DNA from: Mytilus trossulus
Taxonomy: Eukaryota
Reading direction: 5' to 3'
NCBI RefSeq assembly: GCF_036588685.1
Contig: NW_026963293.1
Location: 186,001-250,000 of the forward strand
Length of the DNA: 64,000 nt
Part shown: positions 61,111-64,000 of the stretch, in pieces
How the letters are laid out: each line of letters starts with the position of its first letter
Position numbering within the stretch: position 1 is the stretch's first letter
Translations under genes and position numbers: made by a program
Notes under the pieces: generated by a model
What the model saw: only the letters and a program-made list of their open reading frames with translations
Told to the model about the DNA's origin: nothing
Databases searched by the model: none

Positions 61111-63542
61111 ACCCAAAAAAGTTCTTTTTCCAATATATTTTTAAAATCAAAAACATTAGATGGGTCTATATAAATTGACTAAATTTAGTCTTAAACTGTG
61201 ATTCAAAAAAGCGATTCTGGTATTAATGGGGTGCAATTGATGCCCATATGAATATCTATAATCGTCGATATGTTTTGCCGAATTGTTAGTAAATAAGGAC
61301 AAGGACAAAATTACCAGCTTTAATCTGCTTATCTGCCGGAGCCCCTCAGATCAATAATGTTTTTTATGGGTTTCGTGTTGCTCAGTATTAGTTTTGCGTG
61401 CTACGTTTGTATGCTGATAATTAAGGTTTTTTTCCTGCTATATATTGTAAGCTCCTTCATGACTAATGAGATTGATTATTCCTTGTTATATTTTGCTAGA
61501 ATGTTTGTTTTAATCATCCAATCAGTTTTCCAGGAAGGATACCTAGCATATTTTCACCTTTTTTCAATTATGAAGAAGGATTTTTATGAATAAAACCGAT
61601 GCATTAAAGGTCAACGTACGGCCTTCAAGCTTTGGATCACACCGAAGAGCAAGCTTAGAAGGACCCAAAAATTACTAGTGTAAAACCATTCAAACGGCAA
61701 AACCAACGGTCTAATCTATATAAAAACGAAAAATGAAAAACACTTATGAACAACATAAAGAGATGGCAACCACTGAAAATAAATATTTAAATAAAAAGGA
61801 AAACATTCTTGAAACGATTGTGTGGAAGTGGAAGTGCTTAGAAGTTAAAACTGTCCATTGAAGTATACGCACATTCACACACAAAAATACATACACTAAA
61901 GAAATAGTTTATTTCACTTTTTTTACAATCCTTTTTTCCACCAAAATTGACAAGTTATTTGATAGTACTTAAGGAACTTGTTAAAACACTGGTTATCATT
62001 TGTAAAACACTTATATATCGTTTGATCAAACAAAATCAAACTCAAGGTTTTCAGATGGTTCGATCTAAATGAGCTGTACAAAATTTAAACCTTAACTTGA
62101 AAAAGAAGCTGATATCGAAAAAGTCTGTTTGTATCAAGTTTTTTTTAACGGCTTTCTTAACCACGTGTTATTAGTTGTTGCGGATTAACGACTGGTGAGG
62201 TCTGTTCTACTGTCCAATATCTTTGAAAAACTAAAGAATTATCATTTGTATTGTTAAATGGTTGTCCTAGCGCCTTCTTGTTTGTTTTTCTACGAAGCAA
62301 AAACAAAAGAGGCTAGGTTATATTATGATGCATGAAACAGTCTGTATTATTGTTCTTTTTTTTTGTGTATCGATCTGACAAGTTTACCCCATTTCAACTG
62401 ACTTTTACAGGTATTTCTTTCATGTTTTGCTCACTGTAACATAACTTTTAACCCTGTCCCAGGTTAGGAAAGGGTTTCACGCCAAAAAATACTTAGTATC
62501 GGGAACTCTGCCACAGTATGCGTGTATGTTCATTGTCAGAAGTCTGTTATGCAGTGGTTTGTTACTGTTTATCATACTAGGTAAAAATATGTCGGTTATC
62601 ATTTTGCACATTAATCATACAATCATTTGAATTGTTTTGGTTTTGTCTTTTGAAAGGTTTTTATGTGTTATGGGGTTTGTTCATTATTGAAGGGTACAAA
62701 TTGGTCATCAATTAGTAAATTCTACGTGATTGTGTGAGAGCTGTCTCATTTGCAATTATACAATATCTTCTATTTTCCAACTTTAGAATAAATAATGACC
62801 TTTTGGAAGTATTGTTAAAGGTAATTGGTACGCACGTTTTGTACAACACAACTGGTTTATAGTTTCAAGACACTCCAAATAGTAGGCACATTCCCATTGC
62901 CATTAAATATTTTGCACACATGCCTTAGAATGCTATAAGAAGTAAGCTATTAGTCAAAGTCACTGGACTTTAATTGTCATACCGGTGATATCTGTAGAGT
63001 ATATATTTGGAACATTTAAATGTTATCACTATCAAAAAGGTTCGTATCGGCATTTGACAATAGAAATACACTATCATTTTTTTATCATATCTTTCCAATG
63101 CAATGTTTAATAAATAATACTGATATCCATTTATATAGGGTTAGTTCTCATTGGGTCACTTACTTCACATTTGTCTGTCAACAATACTCGATCTTCGGAT
63201 GAACTCTCTCAAAACCATCGCAAGGTGGCCTGTACAAATTGTTCAATGCATTCAACCATTGTGACTCGTTGGACAGTGTTGAAGGTTTATTATAAATTCG
63301 TTTTGTTAATGAAATTTAAAAGATTGAAGCCTAACGGTTTTATTTGTACTGTTTTACTTCTCGTTTCCTTTTCCATACTGAAATCTGACATTTTCCTGCT
63401 TGGTGACAATGTAGGTGTTATATTAATCATATCGAAGATACTGATTAACACATTCAGAAATGTGGGCTGTAAAAAGTTAATATATATGTGACTAGGAGTT
63501 TTTTCTAACACTTTCTTGAAGACTTATTAATGGGAAAGACGC

Positions 63543-64000
63543 ATGGAAATGGATAACAATCTGTCGATGACAAGTTGTACTCATGAAAACATTGAGGTTG
63601 AATTATATCATATGATAGTATACATCTTTTGGACATTTTTAATGACATTCGCTGGATTCGGCTTAAACGCATACGTCTTGCACGCAATTTTGACACACAC
63701 TACATTACAGACATATGCAAATGGATTTGTAGCAAGTCTTTGTATTACCGATCTTCTCTGTATATTATCGTTGATTGGTAGAACATCTTCATGGATAGCC
63801 TGGAACTCTTTCCTTGAACTAATATCAGAGAAAATGTTTTGCATTTCAAACGGTGTAACTATAATGTTGGCGGCGGCGATTGCAGTGGACCGTTTTGCCA
63901 GTCTTAAATATTCTCTACACTATTCCTCCAGGATGACAGGTAGTAAAGTTATAGTCGTAACGTTTTGCTGTTGGTTCTACTCCATAATAATAACTGTGTT
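63543..64000 (+). CDS. Class A (rhodopsin-like) G protein-coupled receptor, N-terminus to TM4, running off the window
   Basis: Open frame of 152 codons after an in-frame TAA at 63528: MEMDNNLSMTSC..FAGFGLN (TM1, N1.50)..FVASLCITDLL (TM2, D2.50)..AIAVDRFASLKYSLHY (TM3, DRF)..FCCWFYSIII (TM4, W4.50). Missed by the ORF track because it has no stop within the window. Confidence 0.92.
   Translation, partial: MEMDNNLSMTSCTHENIEVELYHMIVYIFWTFLMTFAGFGLNAYVLHAILTHTTLQTYANGFVASLCITDLLCILSLIGRTSSWIAWNSFLELISEKMFCISNGVTIMLAAAIAVDRFASLKYSLHYSSRMTGSKVIVVTFCCWFYSIIITV

Noticed and set aside
1772-61593. Remaining 60-105 aa ORFs in the track
   Set aside because: They are rich in F/I/L/K/N/Y, many start at non-ATG codons, many overlap repeats, and none shows a motif or splice support. 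This is expected by chance in AT-rich DNA.
63020-63844. ORFs 63020-63202, 63171-63491, 63290-63511, 63505-63696 and 63608-63844
   Set aside because: No recognisable domains. The last two are antisense to the GPCR and the others probably lie in its 5' flank or UTR.

Overview
AT-rich, intron-containing animal genomic DNA. The repeat content suggests a bivalve, probably a mussel (Mytilus-like); this is inferred, not shown. Three host genes can be built by hand, none of them recovered intact by the ORF track. Two are tandem 4-exon universal stress protein (USP) genes on the minus strand: USP-A at 1311-9100 (176 aa) and USP-B at 17269-55990 (167 aa, with a ~35 kb first intron). The third is the 5' part of a class A GPCR on the plus strand (63543 to the window end). 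The rest is mobile and repeated DNA: a complete but disabled BEL/Pao LTR retrotransposon (33225-39164), a dead DD34E Tc1 element, two Helentron-type non-autonomous elements, nested MITEs, several tandem arrays and old local duplications. The most striking signal is about 12 copies of small retrozyme-type elements carrying minimal type I hammerhead ribozymes. They include a head-to-tail pair in the sense strand of the USP-B intron predicted to release a 375-nt monomer. The copies share a fixed 3' end 41-48 nt past the cleavage site, which points to a circular or uncut RNA template, and one insertion has its empty paralogous site inside the window. They also carry a second, unnamed RNA structure with compensatory base changes on the ribozyme strand.
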